A DNA stretch of 64,000 bases from Ruditapes philippinarum (taxonomy: Eukaryota), in assembly GCF_026571515.1 (NCBI RefSeq), contig NW_026854044.1, positions 186,001 through 250,000 on the forward strand, written 5' to 3'. This document shows positions 15,201 through 27,589 of the stretch, in pieces. A program made the position numbers and the translations under genes. A model generated the notes under the pieces. It saw only the letters and a program-made list of their open reading frames with translations, ran no database searches and had not been told where the DNA came from. The first letter of the stretch is position 1; each line of letters opens with the position of its first letter.

Positions 15201-18200
15201 TGACATAATTTATTTAAGTATGATAGTGCAGAAAGGTTGGAGCTTACAGACACTCTCTAGAATCTCTGATAGGAACGTCAGCAATGGTTGTTTAGATTTT
15301 TTGCCCAGTGAAGCACCAGCTAGCACAAACCTAGCAGGATTTAAACCTAGACTGCCAGCAAATCCTCCTATCATAAGTCAACTGTGTGAACCACTCAGTC
15401 AGCCTGCTACCCTGAGCGACACTATGCTCTAACTAGCAAATTGATTAATGTGAATATATATTTTAAAATTAAAAAATCCATCAACCCTCGAATGTATCAG
15501 ATACTATCTTAATTTACAGGATATGAACAGCTTTTACAACCGTCATTAAAACAATAAATTTTAAGAGAATCTACACGTGAGAGAGGTTTGTATAACACTC
15601 ACATTTTTTGAATAAGTCAGGACAACTGTCGACAATACGAGATGCTCAGCAGCCTTTAAATTGCAGCTAATCCAGATGATAAAATACTATTTTAGAAGAG
15701 ACTGTGTTATAAAACGCCTCAATTAAATGGGAAAATTGTTCTAGAATACAAAACGTTTTTGTCTGCCATATTTCATTCGAAAACGCGCCGATTTATGTCA
15801 AACAGGTAAGTCACAAATCAGAAGTCAAAAGTCACAAGTCATAAGTCGCAAGTCATAAGACACAAGTTAAAAGGGCAGGTTTATGCTTCCATAATATTGT
15901 CCTGTGATGATAATTTGGTCTAAACGGTACATAGGAAAGTCCAATAAAGGATAAGCCTGCATATTATTTGAGATTGAAAGTGTGAACAACTTCTAAAAAA
16001 ATGTGTACCATCTTATAGAACCTCACTTGGTAAATCAGCGTCACAGTAACTTTTAATGATTTGCACTTATATGTTTGAACACTTCGCTCTCTCATGTTAA
16101 TATGATGGTGTTGTTTTTTCTCTCCCTTTTCCACTTTGTCTGTCTTTTGTATGATCATTTGAATATACATGTATTTGTTTCTTATAAATTTCTATTTTAT
16201 TTCATTTTTGTTCCACTCTTTAGAAACTAACTACATTTCAAGTGATTTTTAAAAAAAAATTATTAAACATTTTATAAATCAAACAATTCTAAACACACTA
16301 CGATTACAATATATTAATAATTTGAATCAATATATAACACTCTTCATTTCATTATATTTCTTACATTTCTGATAATGCATTTTCCTGATGTTTGACGTAT
16401 TCCCCAAACTTAACACAACTGCATATCAACTGTGTACAAACAAATTCTATCTCATGCATTTGTAACTATTTGAAACAAAACTGGTCAAATAAGAAAAAGA
16501 TACATAAAACACTCAAATGTAATGGTACCTAACTATGATACGAACATCTAAATGCACGAAACAACACTGACACGAACGCTCTGCCTACTGCGCTGTAAGG
16601 CACATGAAAATTTGATGTTATACTTTGTTTTTTATTTACTAAGCTTCAGTCTGCTTTACTTATTTTCTTTTTCGCATTGTTATTAATTTTTAAACATAGG
16701 CTCAAGTTATCGTCTCTGGACAGTACTTCGGCAAAAATGCCCCCAGGTTAATATTTGAAAACAACGTGTGAAATATATCTCCAATATTTAGCGTACACAA
16801 AACGTTTTTGAAACGTTCATGTTTTGCAAAATTAAAATAATTCTGTTATATACATAAAATGAGAAGTAGAAAAAACTTTAAACTCAAAATTTTCCAAGAA
16901 GTTATATATGATCTTTTTAAAATTTCATAGCGGACTTAAAAAGAGGTAAACTTATAACCCGCTTGGTTTGCGTTACTTATGTTGTATATAAACCAATTTA
17001 AGACATCTTTGTGAACATTAGCCTCCTTATAAATAACATAAGGCAAAGGCATTTTTAAAGTCTGCCCTTCCATAAAAGGGCGGACATCTCTTTGTCCCTT
17101 TCTCGTAAGAGAAGGGGAATCCTGTGATGCGTGTATGTGGTCGCACGGTCACTTTACTTCAAACATGTCCTCGATGCATGTATGTGGTAGCATGGTTGAA
17201 AATCTCTAATAAGAACGTTAACAAAGGCGTTTTGGTCCAGATTTTAAAGTCATAATTAGGGGAAATAAAATATTATTAGTTGATAAATAAAATCTTATTT
17301 CGAAGGAACTTTAAAACAGAATAAGATTTTTTTTAAACTTGCTACATGCAATCATGTAAAGTTCTATTGAACCCTTACGCCATTTGCAATGTTATCAGGA
17401 GAGGTTGTTCTAACCGACTCTTTTCTGAATGCAACAGTGACCTCCCTTTGGTACCCTTACACCATTTGCAATGTTTTCGTGGTAGGTCACTCTAATCAAC
17501 TCTTTTTTTTAAGGCAACAGTTACCTTCCTTTGGACCCTTACGCCATTTTCAATGGTTTCAGGGGAGGTCACTCTAGCTAACTATTTTTAAGCGCAACAG
17601 TAATATCCCTTTAGAAGCTTAACGCCATTTGCAATATTATCAGGGCAGGTCACTTTAATCAACACTGTTTTTGAGCGCAACAGTTACCTCCCTTTGAATT
17701 CTGACGCCATTTGCAATGTTTTCAGGGGAGGTCAATCTAACTGACTCTTTTTTGAGCGCAACTATTACCTCCCTTGAGAACTCTTACGCCATTTGCAATG
17801 TTTCCAGGGGAGGTCATTCTAACTGACTCTTTTTTGAACGCAACAGTTACCTTTCTTTGAAACTTTACGCCATTTGCAATTTTATCAGGGGAAGATCACT
17901 CTTATAAACTCTTTTTTGGAGCGCAACAGTTACCTCCCTTTGAACTCTTACGCCATTTGTAATGTGTTCAGGGGTGGTCACTCTAATCAGCACTTTTGAT
18001 CGCAACAGTTACCCTCTTTGAATTCTGACGCCATTTGCAATGTGTTCAGTGGAGGTCATTCTAACTGACTCTTTTTTAGAGCGCAACTGTCACCTCCTTT
18101 GAGAACTCTTACGCCATTTGCAATGTTTTCATGGAAGGTCACTCTTATCAACTCTTTTTTTGAACGCAACAGTTACCTCCCTTTGAACCCTTACGCCATT

Positions 18201-21200
18201 TGCAACTTTTACATTAGGAGGTCATTCTAACTGACTCTTTTTTAACAAACACAACAATTACCTTCCTTTGAACCCTTACGCCATTTGCAATGTTAAGAGG
18301 AGAGGTCACTCTTACTGACACAATTTGTAGTGCAACAGTCACCTCCCTGTGGAACTCTGCAATGTAATCAGGTGAATTCGTTCTAACCGACTTGATTTGT
18401 AGTGAAACAGTCACTTTCATGTGGAACCCTGACCCATTGGCAATAATAAGTGGTGGAAATATTCGCAAATATTTGATCACGCAAAAATTATTTCTTTTTA
18501 TGCAAAATTTCTCCTTTCATTTGAAAACACGTTTTCATACAACATCATATATGAATAAGTTTGACTGTTCAGGTACTTAGATTAATCATTCCTCATTGCT
18601 TGTTTGTTTGTTTGTTTGAGTTTGGACTTCACAAATCAAAAATGTTTTAATAAATCATTATATGTGTTAATAACATAATAGGTTATTTATATAACAAAGG
18701 AATGCTTCAAAATATGACAAACAAATGTGCGATCATGTCCTTTTTTCAAACTAACAATGTATATTTCAAACATTGTGTAAATAAAACAGGTGTTAAACAA
18801 CTTAATAGAACTTAATGTCATATTATTTACATGTAACTGCATAGTTAATTTATATCACAAAATCAGTATTAAATTCAAGAAAGCATATTTTCGCAAATAT
18901 TTCTCCAAGCAAAAAGTCCACTTTTGGACATTCGCAAATTTTTTCTAACACATAAATATCCACTTATACAATATCATGGGAAGTCGCTGTAACTGACTTT
19001 CTTTTGAGCGCAACAGTAATTTCCCTTTTAAATCCTTACGCAACAGTCACCTTCCTTTTGACCCCTTACGCCATTTGCAGTGTTATCAGGAGAGGTCACT
19101 CTAACCAACTCGTTTTGTAACATAAAGATGCACGCGTCTAATTTTTGATTGATCTTAATGAGTCTGGAAACGAAATATCTACATTCATAAGTTCTTTTAC
19201 TATCAATTTAAACATATACTATGCTCAAATTCTATAATTATTTTTTTTAAAATTGCTACAAAATCTCTTTGTATATATATATAATAAACACGTTTTGACT
19301 TGATACAGAGTAGATATGTCATGTTTATAGTTCTATACACTATAGGTGGTCACAATATTAATATATAGTGTCATCAAAAAAATGGCAGTTTTTTTTAAAG
19401 AAAGGACCAACTTTACTTGTCACGAAATAGGGAACGCAGCTTCTCATACATAGTTTCTTTATTCTTTTATTCAAATAAGACATATTCAATAAAAATTTCA
19501 TTGGTGTCAATACATTTCTAGGATTAAAATATTTTACTCAAGGATGGCCTTAGTACAACTTTAATTTCAGATACTTAAGTTCTGTTTAACCATGCCTTCT
19601 CCTACACATTATAAGTTCTATATTTTCAAGTATCCTACAGATTATTTTACGTTGTTTTCACGATCGAGTTATACATTTTGTCACACATTAGTGAAAACCA
19701 CCACTTTTAACGTCCACTTTTCCGTTTACTCGTGCGCATGAAAATAGCGAAAATCACACAAGAAAACGAATTCATCTGGTATAAATTAATATCAGTTATA
19801 TACAAAGTTTATAATTTTCATGTATTTTATAAACATATTTATTAAGTATTAATTTAACCGCTAACGATTGTTTGTTTATAATAAATGTTTGCTAAAGAAT
19901 TTTAGATAAGAAGGCTCTCTTTTGGTTCTTTTTTTTTTTTCGGATTTTAGCTTTCTTTCGTTATTTCCAAAGGTGTTGCAAATATGTTGATTTGGGTATT
20001 TCGTATCAACAAAACGTGGTCATTTATAAACTTTTAATTAAAATTTCGATTGGAATAAATTTCAATAACTTGAATGTTTTTTTTAGCTGAAACGACATTC
20101 ACAATAATAGAAATTAAAAAATCACATGACGGTAAAAGTGAACTTAGACGAAAAAACTGAGTACGAAATAAATTATTTTGTTTGAAGTTCTTATTTACTT
20201 TTTCTTTACTTTTAAAGGATTAACTTCAGACTAAAGATTTTGTTTCTATTAAAAAAACTTTGTATTTGCCAACATATATATGCATATCCTTTTAATATTT
20301 CAAAATTTAAAACGTAAAATTCAATACTAGGCTCAACATCCTAATTCTTATGATTCTTTTTCCATGTTTCCTAAGATACGAAATGAAATTTAACCAGTTT
20401 TAGTTCGGCCGAGTATCTTTTTTAAAGATACTTCTTGTTTATCTTTAGGACCAGAGAGTTCCGGTGGTTACAACCTCATAAAGAGAATAGTTTCTCATCA
20501 TTTAAATCAGGTGACCTACAGAGAGCTTCAGCGTCAGGTAAATAGTTTTAATATCTCAACCCTCTAAATACCGGTATATTAAATGGACTAATCCTTTTTT
20601 TTATAAATTTGGACACAACTATTTATCATTGTAGGGGGGAATTAAATCTATAGACTGACTAAATAGCGAACAGTGCAGACAATGATCAGGAAGCACGAAT
20701 TAACCAATCAGTAATCAATGGTAGTCAGTCTGAGAATTTATAATGTGTAATATATTGTATTCAAAACTGTAGGCACTCTAAAGGTTACCACTCTGAATGT
20801 GTGCCCTATGCAATGCAATGTCCACGCATTATAAAATTGTAAAACTCATGATCTTCTTTTTTTAAACCTGGTATCTAAACTGGTTTTTAAAATTTGTAAA
20901 AAAAATATATTTCTGTTTGGGCATCGTCAAACGTATCTTTCATTTTTTTAAATGGTTAGTGTGCATGCACTTTTAAAGTTTAACTCAATTAAACTTTCTT
21001 AAATGAATTGGTATCATAGGATAACCAAGGGTCTTTCAAATAGAAACCTTAACCACAAAGTATTCTGTTGTATTTTTTGTCGTAACTAAGGTAACAGGAT
21101 TGCGTTTGAAAGAGACCAACCTTGAGCATGAAATTGGTGACCTTATTAAAGAGAAGCAGCAACTATGGAAACGTTGCCTTGACCTTGAAAGCTGCCTAGA

Positions 21201-24200
21201 GGAAATTCAAGGTGAGCACTGTTTTACCTAACAACGTGTTAGCAGTAAAAATAAAATATTTATTTAAAATGACTTTTTCATACTTTAGATCAATATCTCA
21301 ACATTAAAATAGAGGAAATTTTGAATTACCTATTTGAAAGAATTCCAAGAGATTTAAATATGTTTACAAAGTTGTTCATTATCAATGTTTCGCTAAAATA
21401 TAATTGAAAATAAAATGTTTTAAAATGAATAGTTTTCACAGTAGAGAAATCTGCCATTTTTTAATCTTAATATGCATGTACCGAAAAATGCAATTTTATG
21501 TACCGTATTTTCAGACAGGTAAAAGTAATAAGCATTATTAAAAAGAATAATGAAAATTATTTATGATAACATAACTCAACAAGGAACGATTTTCATAGAA
21601 CATCGCACCCATCCCCTCCAAACCCCCGACATTATCAAACCACACCGACAAGAAACAATGCAGAGTACCGAACCGAAATTAGGAGAGGGTACGTGAAAAG
21701 ATGGTCCTTGCTTTGTAAACGCACATTTTATCTCTTCAAAGATTCTTACAATTATGAAATTGTAGCTTACCACATATATTTTTAGTTATAAAGATTGTTG
21801 ACAGGTTATGAAGCCCTATATAAACTGCTATTTGTAAATATAACCTGAGCCGCTAGGCGAGGGTTATATTGCAAAGAGCCGTTTATATACGACCATATAT
21901 CCTGTCAACGATCTTTATAACGAATTTATAATACAGCAACCATCATTTTTTAGAAAAAAAGGTAACATTTCTTCATGAATCGATAGCAGCCGTGTATATA
22001 AAACTATATAAACGTCACGATTATCCAATGAAAAGCGACGTTACAAACGTGCAGTATTATAATGTAATCTGTATTTGAGCCGTGTCACGACAAAACCTAC
22101 ATAATTCGCTATCAGTTTCTCTACTTGTAATAGGGTTGGTAAGCGAACAGCATGGATCCTGATCAGACTGCGCGGACTGGTCTGGATCCATGCTGGTCGC
22201 AAACCCACTATGTTGGTTTTGTCGTGACACGGCTCATATGTATTATACATGTACGTATTTTAGATACAGCAGACGACACAAACATGCTCCGACCAGCACC
22301 AGCGTTCTCGAATCTTCCAGACGTATCGGAAAATAAATTTCCAACTTCCGAAACAAGTGACATTGACCTTACTGAAGAAGTAACACATGGCCGGATGTTG
22401 CATAAGTAATATTTTTATTTTCTAACTTCATATAATCAACATTTGTTCTAAGTTGAAATACGAAAAGATGGCGCGAAAATCATCTGATAGTGGCTTACCT
22501 TTGTACTGCTAAAACAGAAGATGATTAAGCTTTGCCACCAAAATAAAAATGTCAACCGGACAGTTTGTCAAGGCTCAAAACTGTTGGTTATTCATTTCTT
22601 TTTTAATTTTGATATTGAAATTTCTTCATATTAAAATGGACTGTTCCAAATGCAAAGCAGGGCCAATCCATTACAGAAAGTCAGCGGGTTAAGGGTTAAA
22701 CTGATATTAATTTTTGTTGAATCGTTTGATATAACTTTTCTCTTGATCTGACATGGTGTCGTTCACAAGAATAAAATGATAAATACGAAGAATTCTACCC
22801 AAAATTCACACCTGACTTTTGGTTTAGAGAACAATTTATTTGTAAACAACGCAGTTACTAATAATTAAAAGTAATTAAATATTAGTTGCTTTTTGATATA
22901 AGGTTGTATTAAATAAAAAATAACATTTTGTAATAGAATGGTTGAAGATCTATTTTGTTGTACGCAAAAACATATGATCTATGCGTAATTGTTAATACCT
23001 ATTTATGAAATTAAAATAAACTATAAAACAAACTTACTCAAATATTCAAGATTGCCATTAGTTAAACATTTTATGTCTTTAATATTATTACTTTTTGTTT
23101 TCTTTGCTTTTGTCATGTGACCACAGACTTAATGTATTTGTAATCATTGTTTGTAATCGAGATATTTGTAAATGTATAAATTACCAAAATAAACTATTTC
23201 TTCTTTTTCTTCTACTACTACTACTTTTACGTCTTCTTCTTCTTCTTCTACCTCTTCTTCTTCTAAGTAAAGAGAGTTGTTCGATTTCAAATATATTCAC
23301 AGATGCCATAAGAATACTCACCTTGTCGTAGACTTATCAGCAGAAGATCGCACAGAGATAGAAGCAACTGTTGATGCAGACGTTGGTCCAACAGGCACCG
23401 ATCACGTGACACATTTCCAGGAAACAGAGGAACCAACCACATCTGCAGCAGACGACAATGAATCGGAACCGGAAGAAGAGAACAAAGATGATGACTCAGC
23501 AAATCAGCAAGAACAGGTCCAAGAAAACACAGTTGAGGCACCAAAGGTATATTGTTATTTTTTACATTTCAGGCGTCAAAATTAACGTTCCTCAGATTGT
23601 TCCTCAATTGAGATGAGATTGGGAAACTGAAATTATTATTCTACTTATCGGTACATCATATCTTCTGATTCTGAATGCAATACGTCATAATTTTTTCTGG
23701 TTTGCTATACGGAACTTCAAATGATATTGAATGGTTTCTCGAGTAGATCTAGCTAATGTTGAAGAGTGCTATTTATAGATTTATCTCCCCTGGATCTTGC
23801 CTTTGTTTACACCTGGTATTGCTCGAGAGTTAACGTCATAAATGTGCATTGACGTTGCATTTTATGCAAATGACCTTTATTTCTTTAACGTTAAACTGGA
23901 TTTTCCACAACTGATCAAATATTTAATAAATGATAAATATCTAGAGTAAAAACAATTTTAAATCCTGTTTTAAATTAACTCCAAATATATTATTTTCAGA
24001 CACAGAATATTGTTACCACAACAACCACTGTGACTCCATTAGCCGATTTAACTCATGCCATGGGTAAGTATTGAATTTTTTTTTCTGGATCTGGGAAGTC
24101 AACATGCCGGCCAAGTGCCTTTATTCTCTAGTTTAATAGCGAGCTCGACGAGCTGGCCCGAAGGGCCTGCTCGCAAAGCGAGCTTTACGGTAACGCGAGT

Positions 24201-26324
24201 ATACCTGCTAAGTGATGGTTTTGAAAACTTTCGTCCAAAGTACCGAATTGGACACATCGCAACATTTCGTATTTAAAGAAAACGATAAAAACTGAGGAAT
24301 TCTGACTGAAAACGGATGTGTAGACTGGTCACCCGCACACGTCTATGGGAACCATAATTGGACAGGGAACCAGAATAACGGAAGCTGTGTATAAAAAATG
24401 AAAATCGAAGACGCCATTTTGTTTGAAAAATCTGATAAATAAAAACAATTTTTTGTCAAATTTTGTTGTGAAAACTATCTAGAATGAAAGAAAATGGTCT
24501 AACTAAGAAAATGGATCCGAACACCAATATCTTTTATTCAGTCGTTAACGCTGTACAGACGTTTAAAGTATTGTTTACGTGACGTCACAATGTAGCGCCA
24601 AACAGCACGTGCAAAACAAACAAATCAAGTACACTATTTTAATGTCGCAAACGTGTTAAGGTTTACATTTATTTCACTTAAAATAATCTTTATTTCGCTT
24701 GAAAAATTATAGAGTGAAATAAAATAAACAAAGTTTTATCAACGTTTTCAAAACTCGTTATTCATTTCACGACAGGGGCGGAGCCGTATTTAACACAGTA
24801 CGTGTGACGTCACACGCACTCCTTACTGCATTTGAAATAAAAATGAGCGATTATTTCATACTATTTCACGTAAAAAGTACATCGAGCTCGCTTTGAGGCT
24901 TTGCCTTTTTCATATTATTATGGTTTTTGTTATTGTTTTCATTTGGGTTTTACGACGCACCAACGCCTAAAGTTCATATGGCGACTTTCAATCTTTACTG
25001 ATGGAGGGGGGGGGGGTATCAGGTGCACCTAACATGGACGATTTGCATGTATTTTGGATGGTTTTATGTTATACGCGGAAAGTCCGAGCGGGGCCGAAGG
25101 CCCCGCGAGGGCTGTAGCGCTCTTAGATAACATGTATGACGCGTATCAGTTCAAAGGAAATCAAATTCAAACTAAATGAAAATTTCAAAAAAATATATAT
25201 CCTATACCTAATGAGCTGTGAAAAAAACCTTAGTTAACTGGGCGCCGCCATTTTGAAATCCTTTTGAGCGCTTTTAATGAGCGTCTACATAATTCAGACT
25301 ATTGCAGACGCATGCTAAGTAACACTTCCGGTGAAAGAATGATGAACAAAATCAGAAAATAAACCTACATTTCATTGATAAGAATTATAGTAACGATTAT
25401 AAATATAAAAAGTTATTCAAACATCCTTTTTGATAAATTAGCACATTAAAAATAACGTAAAAACAACAACTGTGATTAGAGATTAACAAAAATGGCGGAC
25501 GGGATTTTCCAAACGCCGACGCATGCGCAGAGGTCCGGAGTTTTTCGGTTCCGATGATAGGTTGAACACCACCAATTTATTCGTTTTGTTTATTCAAAAA
25601 AGATCTGGTTTACATGTACACTAAATATGTTATGCTAAAATCATAATTCATAAGAGCTTTCCGCGCCATAGGTAGCACCTAATTTCATATTAATTATATA
25701 GACTATTGGGTATACTTACAGGGGAAAGAATGATCAGTTATGTCATGCTGCTATGAAAGTAGCACATTTAGTCGCACTATTACATTATAGACAACATACT
25801 GACCAGTCTTAGAAAATTGTTATTGGTAATAAAACCGGAGACGGCTTGTACCGGTTGGTCTTGTAGTGGGTCTCGAACCAGAAAGTACATGTATTATAAT
25901 ATGTATGTTCAACGTCATGACGTACATGTATAACACGTCATAACAAAAGACTCTTTGTCAGTGTATGTTTTATTTGTTCTTGTCACTCTTAACTCCTTGC
26001 TGTTACATATACTACACTTCAAACCCCAAGTTACGAATTTGTACGTATACAACATGGCACGATTCTTATGAAATGAAAACACTGTACTGCCACTTCAGTT
26101 CAAACCTTAACAAGGCCATAATCTTATCTTTAACTGATTATAATTATTTTCTTCCAGGTCATGCTGACGAAAACACGACATTCATTAACAAGCTCCGGAA
26201 GCGGGTAGGCCTTGGCGGAAGAAGCTCTTCATCACAGAGGCTGAAAAATGCAGCACCAAAAATTGAGGCTTCCGGTTCAATGAAACATTTCTCTCCAGCC
26301 AATTTCCTCAAGAGAAAGCGATAA
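3269..26324 (+). CDS. Uncharacterised multi-exon protein (~476 aa): coiled-coil N-terminal half, acidic/low-complexity C-terminal half, basic tail
   Basis: Phase-consistent GT-AG exons: 3269-3295, 3808-4099, 5268-5345, 6033-6127, 6877-6988, 20449-20537, 21091-21211, 22264-22405, 23303-23546, 24000-24063, 26158-26324 (1431 nt, no internal stop). AATAAA at 26344. Possible optional exon 21533-21688. Heptad-like segments include LYSQLQELQEFNKSLIQDRQDL, LSRKIEELSFLQDRLENAQKE and LKETNLEHEIGDLIKEKQQLWKRCLDLESCLEEIQ. Confidence 0.8.
4826..5170. mobile_element. Kolobok-like MITE
   Basis: TTAA|AGCAGCATGCCTC...GAGGCATGCAGCT|TTAA: TIRs with RR..YY ends and a TTAA TSD. Confidence 0.75.
7896..8100 (+). 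mobile_element. Degraded tRNA-derived SINE
   Basis: GTTAGCTCAATAGTTAGAAC (A box), GTATCGATTACC (B-box-like), CCGTCCGG...CCGGACGG acceptor-like stem, followed by a SINE body. Confidence 0.55.
8262..8450 (+). mobile_element. Degraded tRNA-derived SINE
   Basis: GGGAGCAGTGGCCTAGTGG (A box) ... GGGTTTGAGCC (B box), followed by a GACACCAGTAC body. Confidence 0.6.
11690..12300. repeat. TGACCTTTGACC-rich interspersed repeat (Helentron/HINE- or pearl-like by inference) nested in the IS3EU element
   Basis: Repeated GTGACCTTTGACCTCTAAGTGTGACATTGACC and ATGAAAATCCAATCATCA units. Related copies at 13130-13700 and 41570-41790. Confidence 0.6.
13130..13700. repeat. Second TGACCTTGACC-type interspersed repeat nested in the IS3EU element
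   Basis: GTGACCTTGACCTT...GGTGGACATTTGTGCCAAGTTATTTCAAAA units, with inverted partial units at 13180-13270. Confidence 0.55.
13780..14920 (-). pseudogene. IS3EU-type DDE transposase (integrase-core) remnant with stops and frameshifts
   Basis: Minus-strand translation gives FKLGFKYTEILGFLFNRHKILLSMRQLYRFL, CIWHLDGY.RLKPFGFCIHGIID..RKLIWLEVSDTNNNP, GKSTSNQRVERWLGSLRQ...WWLSFLKDLRDS and CFMDLIQTHLDRIAQHWNTHAIR...GKPDVMF. Confidence 0.85.
17370..19115. repeat. ~82-bp minisatellite (~13 copies to 18440, resuming at 18970-19115)
   Basis: Unit approx. CCCTTACGCCATTTGCAATGTTTTCAGGGGAGGTCACTCTAACTGACTCTTTTTTGAGCGCAACAGTTACCTCCCTTTGAA; starts at 17372, 17454, 17536... Confidence 0.9.
18445..18968. 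mobile_element. MITE inserted into the 82-bp minisatellite
   Basis: ATAAGTGG...CCACTTAT inverted ends and TTCGCAAA subterminal motifs; the satellite resumes after it. Confidence 0.55.
21780..22063 (+). mobile_element. Short one-ended hairpin element
   Basis: Inverted arms GTTATAAAGATTGTTGACAGG...CCTGTCAACGATCTTTATAAC around the apex TGAGCCGCTAGGCGAG. TTATAATA after the hairpin is inverted at the far end (TATTATAA). Confidence 0.7.
22077..22235. mobile_element. Sola-like MITE (internally deleted copy)
   Basis: GAGCCGTGTCACGACAAAACC...GGTTTTGTCGTGACACGGCTC TIRs with AWWT flanks; same family as 33295-33529. Confidence 0.75.
23198..23263. repeat. (CTT/CTA)n microsatellite
   Basis: Direct reading; source of the spurious poly-Leu ORF. 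Confidence 0.8.
24133..24915. mobile_element. Non-autonomous element with subterminal IRs and a terminal hairpin (HINE-like architecture)
   Basis: AGCGAGCTCGA (24138) / TCGAGCTCGCT (24882) inverted repeats and an adjacent GGCCCGAAGGGCC hairpin. The internal ~140 bp (24471-24612) is shared with 38681-38822. Confidence 0.55.
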
Positions 26325-27589
26325 TCTGTTTATGTCATGTTACAATAAAATTAATCAAAATGTGAACTATTCTTGTTTGTTTCTTAAAATTAAAATGTAT
26401 TTTGGACGATTGCTGTAAATATGATAAATGTAGTTCATTCTAAAGTTTCATATTCTAACAGTAATGTCTCGTATAAACTAACACAACCTTTGACCTCGTA
26501 TTGTCTATATATGGATCGCTAGAAATAGATTAGATTAGATTTGAATGGCCTACTATTTGAACTGTTATAAACATATGGAACTGAAATGATATTCACAATT
26601 ATGATGCGTGTTCACGTTTAAGCAGGTCATGGAACAAAACTGAAAGTGGAAAAGATGATGGAAGGCTCTTCAAAATATTATTAGGTCTCTAAATTTTCAG
26701 AAAAAAAACCAATTACTTTTTTTTACATATGTAGGTAATAAGTGTTTCGTCACATCTGAATAACTGAAATAACTTTACTAACTTTTTTTTTTCATTTATA
26801 ACTGGCTATGCAGTTACAAGTTTAACAATACATATAAAAGCGTTGTTGTTCGCGTAGTAAAACATAGAAATAAATTTAAAGAATTATGCTGTGCAATCAG
26901 TGGGGATGATATAATACGAGTATATTGTAAATATTCTCAGATTATTTAACAAAAAAGTATTTTATTACCTTTTGCTTACTTGGTTGTGTGTGTAAAACTC
27001 GTATTTCGAAGGCATTTAAAATTGATTTGATTGTCAAGCATTTTTATTTATTATCTGTTCAACAAAAAAAAAGACAAATTTTACATTTTAACATTTGATA
27101 AAAACTTAAAGTTTATATTATCGTGCTATTATCTCGTGCATTTGTTTGATAGATAAAACGTTCATGCATGCCGACCTTTTTGAGCTAATAACAGATCTTT
27201 TAAAAAAACCGTTGAATTTATTTTGAAAACATTATGATCTAGATTGTAACCGCCATTTTCATTTGATGTTATCATAATGGTAATGAGAAACTCAGGTGAA
27301 CGTTAAAAGTTTAATTTAAAATTCACAACTGTGTCAGTCGTTGCAGTTAAGCATATCGAAGTCTGTCAAGGGTAATCACATAGAATAGTTATCAATTTTA
27401 TCACTACATGGATACACTTCAGTTTGATTATTGGACTTGCAGTTATAGAAATACATTCTTTAAAAAACTAACATTGACTTATATTACAACAAACAAACAT
27501 TAGATCACTCAGGCCTCACAAGTTCACATATACAGTGAAATATTAGTACAGATACACTGGACTATCTTAAACAAAACAAGGTTTGAACC

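Larger units (their letters stand above)
10491..15893 (-). mobile_element. IS3EU DNA transposon (~5.4 kb, decayed) in intron 5 of the coiled-coil gene
   Basis: ~170-bp TIRs TATGGAAGCATAAACCTGCCCTTTTAAC...GTTAAAAGGGCAGGTTTATGCTTCCATA containing 7-bp GACTTNN repeats. Perfect 6-bp TSD ATATTG (10485-10490, 15894-15899). TAY ends plus a 6-bp TSD are IS3EU hallmarks, and a transposase remnant lies inside. Confidence 0.85.

Noticed and set aside
17370-18440. CRISPR-like array
   Set aside because: Whole units are homologous with no unique spacers; eukaryotic context and no cas genes. The same applies to 44510-45497.
25021-25680. AGGTGC(T)ACCTA-bounded TIR element
   Set aside because: Plausible, but the left end overlaps a reversed SINE tail and no TSD is resolvable, so it is not listed as a feature.
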